Assembly: GCA_029717555.1 (NCBI GenBank)
Contig: JAMDHS010000044.1
Span: forward strand, 62,001-126,000
Direction: 5' to 3'
DNA: 64,000 nt
Origin: Peribolospora baueri
Taxonomy: Eukaryota
Part shown: positions 1 to 10,649 of the stretch, piece by piece
How positions within the stretch are numbered: position 1 is the stretch's first letter
Layout: every line of letters begins with the position of its first letter
Translations under genes and position numbers: made by a program
The notes under the pieces: generated by a model
Told to the model about the DNA's origin: nothing
The model's database searches: none
Seen by the model: only the letters and a program-made list of their open reading frames with translations

Positions 1-120
1 CCCCCCTCGTTCGCTTATTCACTCGTCGCTTTTGCAAGGCGCCGCCGTCCAACGTAGTCCTTTACGTAGATAGGCAATTCATGATTCGAAATGCACGAAC
101 GTCGTCCGTCTTATATATCC

Positions 121-2552
121 TTATCCGCCCGTCTCTAGTCCTTCCTTCCACGGGCCCACTACGTCGTACACGCTCACGCCCAAGGCCTGCAGCGAGGCGA
201 AGCATTCGACGAGTCGACGGACCTCGGAGGGGACGTCTGACGGGGGTCCTTGCCGCGCCGCGGTGGCCTCGGCGTCGGAGAAAGGCGAGGCGCGTGGCTG
301 GCGCGCGGCGGCGAGGAGAAGCCTAGAAACGATGCGGGTGTTGCCAAACAATCTCTTGAGGTATCTATCGATGAGCACGCCGCCGGCGTGGTCGAGCCGT
401 CGACCGCCGAAGTGTCGTCGAGCGGCGACGGTCGTGTTGGCCAGGAGGTCGATCGCCCTCTTGAGGCCCGCTCGACCGTGCCAAGGCGCGTCCCAGTTCA
501 GGGCGGCGAGGACGGCGCGTCCGTGCATGCTAAACAGTCGGTTCACCTCGGCCGGAATGTCCTGGACGGAGCGAGACTCGAGCCAGAGCTCGACGCCTCG
601 GTCGCCGATGATGGCGAGCGTGTCTAAGAGAAGCGCCAGGTCGCGGTCCGGACCCGACGGGTCGAAGCCGAAGCCCTTGGCGACGAGGCGGATCGCGGCC
701 GAGCGTTGTCGACGACGTAGCCGTCCTTCTAGCGCATCGAGCTGCGCTTCGTCTTCATCCCTCTTCTTCTGGGCCTTTGTCGTTCGCCCGCTCGCAGAAG
801 ACGGTCGCGCGTTTTGCTCCTCCGGGGAGTCGGAGTCCACGTCACTCGCTTCCGACACCGGTGGTAAGGAGGCTCGAGAAGGGAGGCAAAGAGTGAGGAG
901 GGCGGCGAGGCAGGAGAACGCGTCGTCCATCTCATCGCAGGCGAGGTGCAGACGGACGTAGAGGTAGAGTTGCTGTGCCATCTCAAGACACTCCTCGTCC
1001 GGCGTTCTCCCAGCTCCGTCGGGGACGGGGACGGCCATGTCGATCAACTCGCTGATCCTCCGGACGAGGAGATCACCCAACGTGCTCCTTCGGCTCCGAC
1101 GTTTCGCTAGAGCATCCGTCTCCACGCAAGCCATGCCGCGGATGATCATCGGTCTGCCTCGGAGCTTGTTCGACGACGACGACGACGAGCTGCGCGTCCC
1201 GTCATCCGCTCGGTGGGACGAAGCAAACACCTGGCGAGCCATTTCTAACGGCAAGTCGCGTAGACGATGTCGAAGGCGATTGAACGCCGGATCGGGCAAG
1301 AGTCGAAGAGGAGCGGAGACGGCATGGAGGAGGGTGGTGAGGAAATGGGCGTCAGGAGCTAGGCCATGGGAATGCATGTTGGACAGGATCGTGGAGATCT
1401 GGCGTAGGAAGGCCATTAAGAGCGACTCAAAGTCGACGGGGTCGACCTGCCACACGCGCGAAGAGCGCACCACCGGGCCTGTAGCGCGGAGCTGGGTCGT
1501 CGTCGAAAGTTTGGCGGTTAGTATGGAGAGTCGGGCTTGGAGAATGCGCTGAAAGGAAAGCACGGTCGGTCGAACGCGGAAGCGAGCCATATCAGAGGCG
1601 ACGTCAACGACGAATTGCGGGTCGCCGTGCCTGAGGAAGCCGTCCATGACGGCCTCGCACAGTCCGGTCCAGCGCCCGTCGTCGGCTCCGCTCTGTCCTT
1701 GTGTGACCTTGGCCTCCTCCTGATCGCCATCCTCGTCCGTCTGCCATTCCACGGCGGCCTTCCAACCGTTCCAGAACACCTCCAAAGCCCTAGCCGATTT
1801 CTGTCGGACGGCGGCGAAGCAGAGCGACTCGTACGCATCGGGGCTGAGAAGAAAGTGACGGGCGGTGAGCATGTCGTGGAGCCAGAGAGCAAATTCGGTA
1901 GGGAGAGGGACGAGATGCTGGAGGGCGCCGCCTCGGGCCAAGTGCACGGAGACAAGGTCGCGACGACGGGTGGCCTTCTTCGTCCCCATGTCGTCCAAAA
2001 GTCTGTCGGGCGCGAAACGTAAGAGGCGTCCGATGAGCCGCACCTGGACGCTCGACGGACCGAGCCGGCCGCGGTGGTCCACGCTGGAGAACTCCGGCGT
2101 GCCTTGTTGTTGCCCCTGATCCGCCCTCATCCCATGTACACGCTGGAGCTCGCTCGCGTGTCTCCTTCCGAACAGAGGCGAACTTTGGACGCGCGCCGCT
2201 AGGAGCGATTTGGGCAGAGTGCCGAGGTGGGTGAGCCTGATGAATTCGACCAGCGGGTCGGCGGAGGACAGACGATTACGCCCACGCCCACGCCCACGCC
2301 CATCTCGCTCCCGGGCGAGCGAGTTGTTGTTGTCGTCGCCGTCGGGTCGTCGTCGCGAGACGTCGGACACGGTCGTCATCTCGCCGCTCGCCGAGTTGGA
2401 ATGGCGCTTCCGAGCGGCGGAGGGGAGCCTGAGAGTGAACTGGGGGAGCGGCGACGGCGCTGAGACGGTCGGTCGTCGCCGGGTAGCGTCGGCCGTGGCG
2501 GCTTCGTTCGAGCCGGCGATAGGCAAGCAAGACGAAGGGGAGAAGGAAGCGG

Positions 2553-2588
<36 letters not shown>

Positions 2589-2793
2589 AGACGGGCCTGC
2601 CGGCGGGCGGCCATACCCCGGGAGACTGGACAGGAGGAGATGGATGGGAAGCGGGGGAGAGGCCATGTCGTGTGTGAACGGAAAAAGCGGTAGAGAAGGC
2701 AGGGAGAAGGAAAGGGGGCGGTAGGGCGGCGGGGAGGAGGTTATCGACATACGGCGGCAGCGTTCTTGCCCTCCTGGCCGTCCGTCCAAGCAT
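121..2793 (-). CDS. Intronless PPR-like (pentatricopeptide repeat) protein, probably mitochondrial, ~890 aa
   Basis: Long open frame; first ATG (MLGRTARRARTLPP) is at 2793 and gives an Arg-rich, presequence-like N-terminus. PPR-like motifs: EAVMDGFLRHGDPQFVVDVASDMARFRVRPTVLSFQRILQA and ILSNMHSHGLAPDAHFLTTLLHA. The upstream part of the ORF track (to 3054) starts at a non-ATG codon. Confidence 0.65.
2553..2588. repeat. (TGC)12 trinucleotide microsatellite encoding poly-Ser in the PPR-like gene
   Basis: Directly visible tgctgc run; reads AGC (Ser) in the coding frame on the minus strand. Confidence 0.9.
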
Positions 2794-5780
2794 CGCCCCG
2801 CGTCGATGAGGTGAGATGTCATGCAGGCCCCGCCGCCGAGTGATGGGATTCCGGCGGCGCCTCTCGTTTCGTTGTTTCTCTGCTCGAAGCAAAAGCAGGA
2901 CGAGAGGGCGAGGTGGGGTCGGGCGAGGGTCGAACGAAGGAAGGGATGGCGATTTGCGGGTCAGAAGAAATGAAAGTGGGAAAGAGTCGCCGGTCCGACT
3001 TGGAAGCGCGCAAAGCCGTTTATCCCCGGCGCATGGGCTACTGCGGCAAAGCACGGTCCACCTTGTCCATCATTGCCCGCTGCTGCTGCTACTCTCGCTG
3101 TGCCGAACGATTCATCATCAACCATTCATTCATTCACGGGCGTTCACTCCGGGGAGCGAACGCCACAGAGAGTCTGTTTGTGCTCGTGCACGAATGGGCT
3201 GGCGCGACGGCGTGGACGGGGAGGCGCCCAGCGACCATACCTATACCCACCACGCCTTGCACGGCGGTATAGATATGAACCCGCGTAAATAAATGGCTTG
3301 CTGGCCGGCGCCCAGCTGTGAATGAGCGGGCGATGCTGATGTTTTTTGTTGGAGCGCCCGCGAGGAGCAGCGTCGGGCGGTCTTTCGATATTCCAACCGT
3401 TGCTCAGGATCATCGTTTCATTCCTGCACGCCCTCGCTAGCCAGCGCTCGTTCTTGGCCGTGTAGCTACGGTCGGTCGGTCGGTCGGTCGGTCGCGCTTC
3501 GAGCCTGCACCACACCTCCACTAATTGCAGTTGGAGAGGCGTCCGTTGGAGGGAGCGAACGGGTTTGGAGCATCGAGCGCGGTGGTCGGGGACGATGGTA
3601 TGGTGTGGTGTGGGGTCTCCCGCCGGCCCTGTCCCACGGGCGGCGCGGAGCGCATACGGAACTTTTGTTGACCTTTTTCGTTTTTTTCACACGCCTGCGC
3701 CTGGGAGTCGACGGGGACGAGGGAGGAGACGGGGTGGGATATACGGTGGTGACCACGTGAGCGTACCCATAACGCAAGCGCTCTCCCACGCTGGGTGGGG
3801 CGCAGGCTGGTGTACTTTATGCATGGCGACGATGGACGACGACGACGGGACAACGGGACGAGGGATTTACGCGGGCCGCCGCGGGCGTGGTTCGGCTCGC
3901 TTGGACGGGCCAGCATTACACTACACTACAGCTGGGTGGCGCCAGCGCCGTGTGTCGACGGGGAGATGGAAGGAGCACTCGGCGTCGGAAAGCTGCACGC
4001 AACCGCTCCGCTTCTGGCGTCGGCTCGGCGGGGGACTGGAGTGGGACTGCAATGCAAGGATCGTCTGCAAACATGGTTGGATTCGCATTCGCATTCGCAC
4101 GACGACGCGCACTTCGACGTGGAGACCCAGGTCAGTCATAGTTACGGTCCCACGGTACTTGCGATACGTGCAAGAGAGGGTGTGACGACACGGGTGGACT
4201 GCGGGAGATGATCACGGACGTCCGCCTGTCGCAGGTCGCAGCTTGCAGCTCGCAGCATGCGGGCCGGATAGATGGATCTCGCTTTGCACTGCATCGCTTC
4301 GCACCGCATCGCATGGCGTCGTGTCCGTCGCATTACATATCACATCGTATGTCAGATCCTATGGTCCTCTGACCGCGCAAAAAAAAGAAAAGAAACAAGG
4401 ATTGAAAGAAAAAGGAAAGAAAAAGGTAAGAAAGCATGCCGATCGGACGAGGCCGTGCCGTGCGAGAGACAGCGACGGCCACGGCCACAGCGTGTATATG
4501 AGTTGGAGTGACCAAATCGAGTAAACCGCGGAAAAACGGACGGACGGACGGACGGACGGACAGGATTAAGGAAGGGAGGGAAGGGAGGGAGCGAGGCGAG
4601 CAAAAAGCGAAAACACGCCTCGCCTCGCATCGCCTCGCATCGATCGTATCGTCAAACGTTCCCCGTCGTTTCGTCTCGCCTCGTTTCGCCTCGTTTCGTT
4701 TGTCCGCCCAGTGACCAGGCGTGGCGTGGCGTCGAGGCGGAGGCGCGCCCCGGGCTGCGCGCAGCAAACGAACCAAGGAAGCGTACAGGAGCGCTTGGGA
4801 CGGACGGGTCGAGGAATGTGGTGGGAACGGACGGAAGGACGGACGGACTGGGCTGGGTTGGGTTGGCTAGCTAGCCAGGGCTAGTGAGGTGAGGCTTTGC
4901 GTTGGTGTCGTCGTGCCCGGCCCCGACGCCATCCCTCCACTCGGTCGGTCGGGGGTACGACGAGGGCAAAGGGGACTACAATACTGTATCTAACTTGTCG
5001 TCTGCCTGCCTGCCTATCTATCGCTCTGGTGGACGACAACAAACGACAAGGGAAGGCCCGCTCCACTGCATCGCAATCACGCCGCGCGCCCGACCGCATT
5101 ATTTGTCCTTCCAAATGCCTCCGTCGAGACGATGGATGGGCGCGACCGAGGGCGGGCGGAACCAAATAAAAGAAGAAAAAAAAAAAAAAAGGAAGGAAAA
5201 AGAGAGGCGACGCACGAGGTGGCGCTCGCACGTCGACCGAGGCGTGATGTGCGGTGCGGTGCGGATGGCGGATGGCGGATCGATGCGGAGCGCTGGCTGA
5301 CTGGCTGGCCGGCCGGGTGACCGGCTGACTGGAGTTGTGGAGTGATGTGGAACGAGAGGAAGGGACGGAAAGAGCGGGAAGCGGAGAAAGGAAGAAAGGA
5401 AAGAAAGAAGGAAAAAGGGACGAAGAAGCGGGACAAAGGGCCAGCTGTGCGCAGACGTGCGTGCGTGCGCCGTCGCCTCCAGCGGCGAAGAAGAAAAAAA
5501 ATAGCGAGCTGCTTTGCCGGACCCGCCCGTACTGGTTCTTTGCTACGCTACGCTACCCCATCAGCGGCACCATTTCCCTTCGACGCGTGCTCCGTCGCTG
5601 CATGCCTATCGGGCCGGCCGGTATCTTGGACGGAGGTATAAGCCACGGTTTGGTTAGTGGTTAGTCGATCTTGGTGCCAAAAGGCTTGTGTGCATTGGGC
5701 GGGTGATGGGAGGAGAGAGAGAGAGAAGAGAAGAGAGACACACAGAGACGACCGACGGACGGAGACCGCGCGAGCCGGGT

Positions 5781-5835
5781 CTTGCCTTGTCTTGTCTTGC
5801 CTTGCCTTGTCTTGTCTTGTCTTGTCTTGTCTTGC
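5781..5835. repeat. (CTTGY)11 pentanucleotide microsatellite
   Basis: Directly visible cttgc/cttgt tandem units in the long intergenic region. Confidence 0.9.
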
Positions 5836-6480
5836 CTCGTCTCGTATCCGTCCATTCATCCAAGGATGGGCGGGCGGCTACAAATGGTGGTTGACGCATG
5901 AGGCAAGTATCGAGAAAAGAAAAAGGTGTTGAGTGATCGCATCCCATCCCATCCGTCCGTTCGGGCGGGCAGCACAGCCAGCATGTCGCACTCCGGCGGG
6001 CGTCAACAGCAATGTCTCAGATGATGAGCTAGGGCGTGTACGAGGGCGAGCAAGGAAGATTCGATGCGAACCTGTCGCCGTTGCCGTCTCCGTTGCCGTC
6101 CTTGATCGTGGATGTTGACGGCGCTCGACATGAACATGGACATGGATGTGGATGTGGAGTGAATAGCCGCCTCATGCATCGGTGAAGACAGGGGGACGAT
6201 GCAGCTGACGACGAGGGGAGAGGAGGGTCGAGGGGGAGGGAGCCATGGCGTACTGTTTGTCTGGTTGTCTATCTATCTGTTTGTCTGTTTGTCTGTCTGT
6301 GCGTCTGTGTGTCGCTCGCTGGCTGTGCGTGACAAGAGGTGAATGAAGCGTGTCCAGAGGGCCGTATCGTGTCATGTCATGTACTGTTGGTCCAATGCGA
6401 TGGATGACGAGCGAGATGGAGGGACGATGGAGAACAACCGACGATCAAGGCGAGCTGAGCTGACCGATGGAGGACGACAT

Positions 6481-6556
6481 GACTTGGACTTGACTTGGAC
6501 TGGACTTGACTTACCTGGACTTACCTTGACTTACCTGGACTTACCTTGACTTGACT
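6481..6556. repeat. GACTT-derived repeat containing 4 x 10-bp GACTTACCT(G/T)
   Basis: 6508-6547 reads gacttacctg gacttacctt gacttacctg gacttacctt, flanked by gactt/gactg pentamers. Confidence 0.9.
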
Positions 6557-7871
6557 AACTGGCTCGCCTCGCCTCGCCGGCGCTAGCCTCGCACGAGCAT
6601 CGACCCAATGTCGGTCACTCTCTAACCCAAGCCGGCCTTTTTCTCAGCCAGACACACAAACACGGCCACCATCGCAAGCTCTAACCTCCTCCTTCTTTTC
6701 CTCTTCTTCTCCTCTCCGCACCGCCTCCATCGTCTTTCCATGCCACTTTTTCGCGTGGACGTCGGCGGGGGTCGGTCCAAGAGGCGACCGCCAGATCCGC
6801 CGCGTGAGCCATGTAAGTCAGACCTTGTCTCACCTGTTGTCTTCCTCTTCCTCTTCGGCTCCGTCCTCGTTTCCTCGTTCGCTCGTTCGCCTCAAGGGAC
6901 CAGAGGGAAGAAGGAAGGGAACCCAAAGTCGGCCCGGACCGACGTCGGACGGACCGACGACGGAGAGACTCTCTCCCTCTCTCCCCCGGTAAACAAACAA
7001 TCCCTTCCCCCTCGCCCCCAAAGCCTGCGGCAGGGCCAAATGTCTCACCTCGGGCGCCTCGCTCGCCCTTGGCACCCCCTTGTCGCTCCAACGCTCAGAA
7101 CTCTCTCCTTCTCTGTCCTGGCTCGCCCGGATGGCGACTGACCGACAGAGAGTCGAGTCGAGGCACGGCAAGCAAGGCGACGAGAGACGGACAAACAGAG
7201 GAGCGATGGAGAATGGGATGGGTTGGATTGGGTTGGGCACGTCCGGTTCGGTTGGCTTGAAAAGGGAAACCGTCCCTCTGTGTCGCCCGTTCCGGAACAC
7301 CACGTTTGCCACCTTCCATCTGTCCATCCATCTCTTTTACCTTCTGTCTTTTTTTCTCTGTCTGCACGCTCGGCTTCCCGTCGTCGTCGCTAGATCGGTT
7401 TTGACCAACCAACCCACCCCCCTTTCTTTGCCTCCTTTCAGACCAGGCAGCTCCTTCCATCGCTCGCCGGACGACCCTGTCACCCCACCATTCATCCTAC
7501 CACCTCTATCACCGAGACGCTCGTCCCTCGAAACCTTAACCTCGCTTGTCTTTCCTTCGCTTCCCAGTCCAGTCCGCCTCGGAAAGGAAGAAAGAAGTAG
7601 AGCCCGGCGCATCACACACAAACACTCACGCAAACACACACAAACACTCACCCACACCCCACCGACGTCGATCGTCGACGTCTCCTCGCTCCCTTCGCCG
7701 ACATCGCCGGCCCATCAACGGTTCGACCTGGTGGCCCCTTTCTCCGCCACTTTCGACGTCGCCGACGACGACGGCCACTCGCTTTCTCTCCGCTCTTCTG
7801 CCTCCTCTTTCCTAACGTTGACAACAACAAGCATAAAAACGGCCAAGGTTGTACGCTCGTCGGGCTCGGCC

Positions 7872-9575
7872 ATGGCCAGCTCACGTCGGACCAACCGCAT
7901 GACCGCAGAGGCGCACGCCGGTCCTTCTTCCTCCTCCTCCCTCGGCGCCCTCCTCACCCCACCAGGCAGCCCCTCCTCCTCCCGCTCCCCTACAAGCCGA
8001 CCCCGCTCAAGGCCCGGCACGCCCCTCCGAAGGTCCCCCGGTCGCGTCTCGTCGACGTCCTCGTCGACATCGACCTCGTCTTTTGTTAACGAGGACGATC
8101 GGCTTTTCGTATTGGATTTTGGACATACGTATACTCTTCGCGCTTCAAAGTCTACCGCCGCCCTACGAGCTGCCAGCGACGAGTCGCGGCCTATGCCGGC
8201 TGGTCCGGCGGTAGAGGTTGCGGAGGGCGTTGCCAGTGCGTCCGCCTCTGCGTCTGGTAGCGGCTCGAATGGGCGAAGAGGCGGAGGAAGCGGGGGCGGA
8301 GGCGGGGGCGGAGGAGGAGGCGATGGAGGCGGCCAGAGGAGCGTCTCGGGGACGAAGCGGAGAAGAAGCCATTCCCCGCCTGAGCGCCAACCCGGTGGTG
8401 ATAGTGGCAGTGGCAATGGCGCGGGCGCGGGCAGTGGGAGCGGACAGGGACAGGGCGGCCGTGGTATGGAAGAGGAAGAACAAGGGATGTGAGTCGACGG
8501 CTCCCCTCCATCACTGCCCGACGCCGCGCCGCCTTCTCACCCCAGTCCCTCTTTTTTTTTTTTTTGCCCCGCCGCACAGACGTTACGTCTTGACAACTAT
8601 TCAACAACCCAACACGGGCAGCGCCTTTGGCACCAACGTTCTCGCTAGGCTTCCCATCGCCCCCCCGCTCATCGTACAGCTCAAGGTGTATGATTCGCGA
8701 GGTGAAGAGGTGTCAGCGTGAGCGTGTGATTGGTTGTCTGTTCGTTCGTTTGTCCCGCCCCACTGCTCATACCCCTTTCTCCGTCTCCGCCTTCTCAGCA
8801 ACGAGGAAATGCCCTTTTTGATCTGCCACTGCTCCCTCCTCACCGCCTCGGGCCTCCCCGCGGACATGCTCGAACCGGTGCCCACCCCCATCCCTACCAC
8901 CACCGAACAGACCGAACCGCCGCCCGCACACACGCCCTCCTCCTCCTCCTCCTCCTCCTCCTCCTCACGGCGACCGAGCGGCTCTCGGCGACAACCCCCG
9001 CCGCGGCCAATATCCCCACCGCCGCTTCCACCGCCGCGATCCCCCTCCCATCTCATCTCCGGGCCCGTTCGGATGCTCTACGGCTCCGTCGTGTCGAGCC
9101 CTCACACCGTCCCCGATCTTCAGGGCCGGATGGGAAACTTTTTCGTCTTTCCTGAGATTAGTGTTAGGGCTAGGGGGAGGTATCGGTTGCAGGTTAGGCT
9201 TATGAGGCTTCCTAGGTGGGTGTTTTTCTTTTCCTCTGGAGTCACCGGACCGAATCTGACGCTCATCCTTTTTACCTTTTTACCTTTTTTTTCTCCTTCC
9301 CGGAAGACCCACCGAATCTCCCATCTCCAGAAACGCTTTCGTCACGGAGGTCCAGACAGCCCCTTTCGAGGTGCATCTGGCGGAGAATTACCTTGCACCG
9401 TGTGAGTGGCGGTTGCTGGAAGGGACACGCAGAGAGGTCGCTTTGATGACCAAGTAGGCTCACGTCGTCTTGTCCTTTCCGTCTCGTCTCGCCTCCGCTC
9501 CCAGTCGTCACCGACATCACTCGACATTTCGCAAGGGCCGGCGTGGGCCAACTGTTACCCCCAGGGAGCTACTAA
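7872..9575 (+). CDS. Velvet-domain transcriptional regulator (5 exons)
   Basis: Exons 7872-8488, 8580-8717, 8799-9215, 9331-9401 and 9505-9575 join in frame across GT-AG introns. Velvet motifs: RYVLTTIQQP...RLPIAPPLIVQL, RMLYGSVVSSPH...GNFFVFPEISVRARGRYRLQVRL, and VQTAPFEVH...VTDITRHFARAGV. Subfamily not assignable by eye. Confidence 0.88.
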
Positions 9576-10649
9576 AGTTCGATGACGCTGGCCGAAACGA
9601 CTGTCACCTCGACCACCACGTCGACGCCGGTCGCGCCGCGTCGTTCATTCAAAACCCTCGCCCCGTCCGTCGACTTGTCGTCTCGCCCTTCGCTTTAACT
9701 CCCAACTGCGCACCTCTACCTTATCGCTCCAGCATGTCTCTACAGACACGACCCGCTTTGGCCTCCTTGGACTTTGCTCTGCCTTGCCCTCCTTAACCCT
9801 CGCCATCGGTCGTACCACTCCCTCGCCTGACCTGATCGCTACCACCACCCTCCGTTCCGTTCCGTTCTCCCCTTGCTTCTCTTCTCTTGTCTTGTCTTGT
9901 ACGCCCCGGTCAGCTGGCTGTAATGTTGTTCCGGCCAGTCTTCATTTATCTTTCGTCCCGTTCTCGTTTTCCTCCGGGTCTCATCGTTCCTCCCCTCTCC
10001 TCTTCGCCTCGGGCATTCGCTTTTTTTTCTTCTTTTTCTTTTTTTTTCTATTTTCCCTCGCTCACCAGCTCATTTACGCCCGCCCGTTCTTTGTCTGTCT
10101 GTCCCTCGTCTTGTCCCGTTTCGTTCGTCCCCCTGCACGCGCACTCTACTCCGCAGTGCATATATATGTATGTAACCATAGATGCACGAGTGATCTAAAG
10201 CGAACATACTTATCGTTCCTCTCACCTTCCTTCCTTCGCCCACCCCACCCACCGCACCGTGCCCGGCTCGCCTCGCAGTCTCCTTGCCACCGGCACCGCC
10301 CGACTTCCCCAGGCCGCGTGCTCGCCGGTTTGACAAGTAGATCGAGTGAGCGCCGAAGCGCCGAGGCGGACATGGTGGGGCCGAGCGGATGGGTAGGAGG
10401 ACGCGCCGGAGGTGGGGTGGTGGAGGGAAAGAGGGGAAACCGATCCCATCCGAGTTGACGTGCGTTGGCTTGGCTTGGGTTGGCGTGGGTATCATCTACA
10501 GTGCGCGTCATCGCCGGTAGGCAAGGTATCGTCGTGCGCCTCACTCGTCTCACGCGCGCGTTTGATTGACCCCCCAAGGTCGTCCGTCCGTCCGTCCATC
10601 CATCCATCCATCCCGTCATACATCCATTCATCACATCGCCTAAGAAGAA

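Noticed and set aside
6508..6700. U1 snRNA gene
   Set aside because: Only the ACTTACCTGG 5' motif matches; no U1 stem-loops or Sm site follow, and the motif is tandemly repeated.
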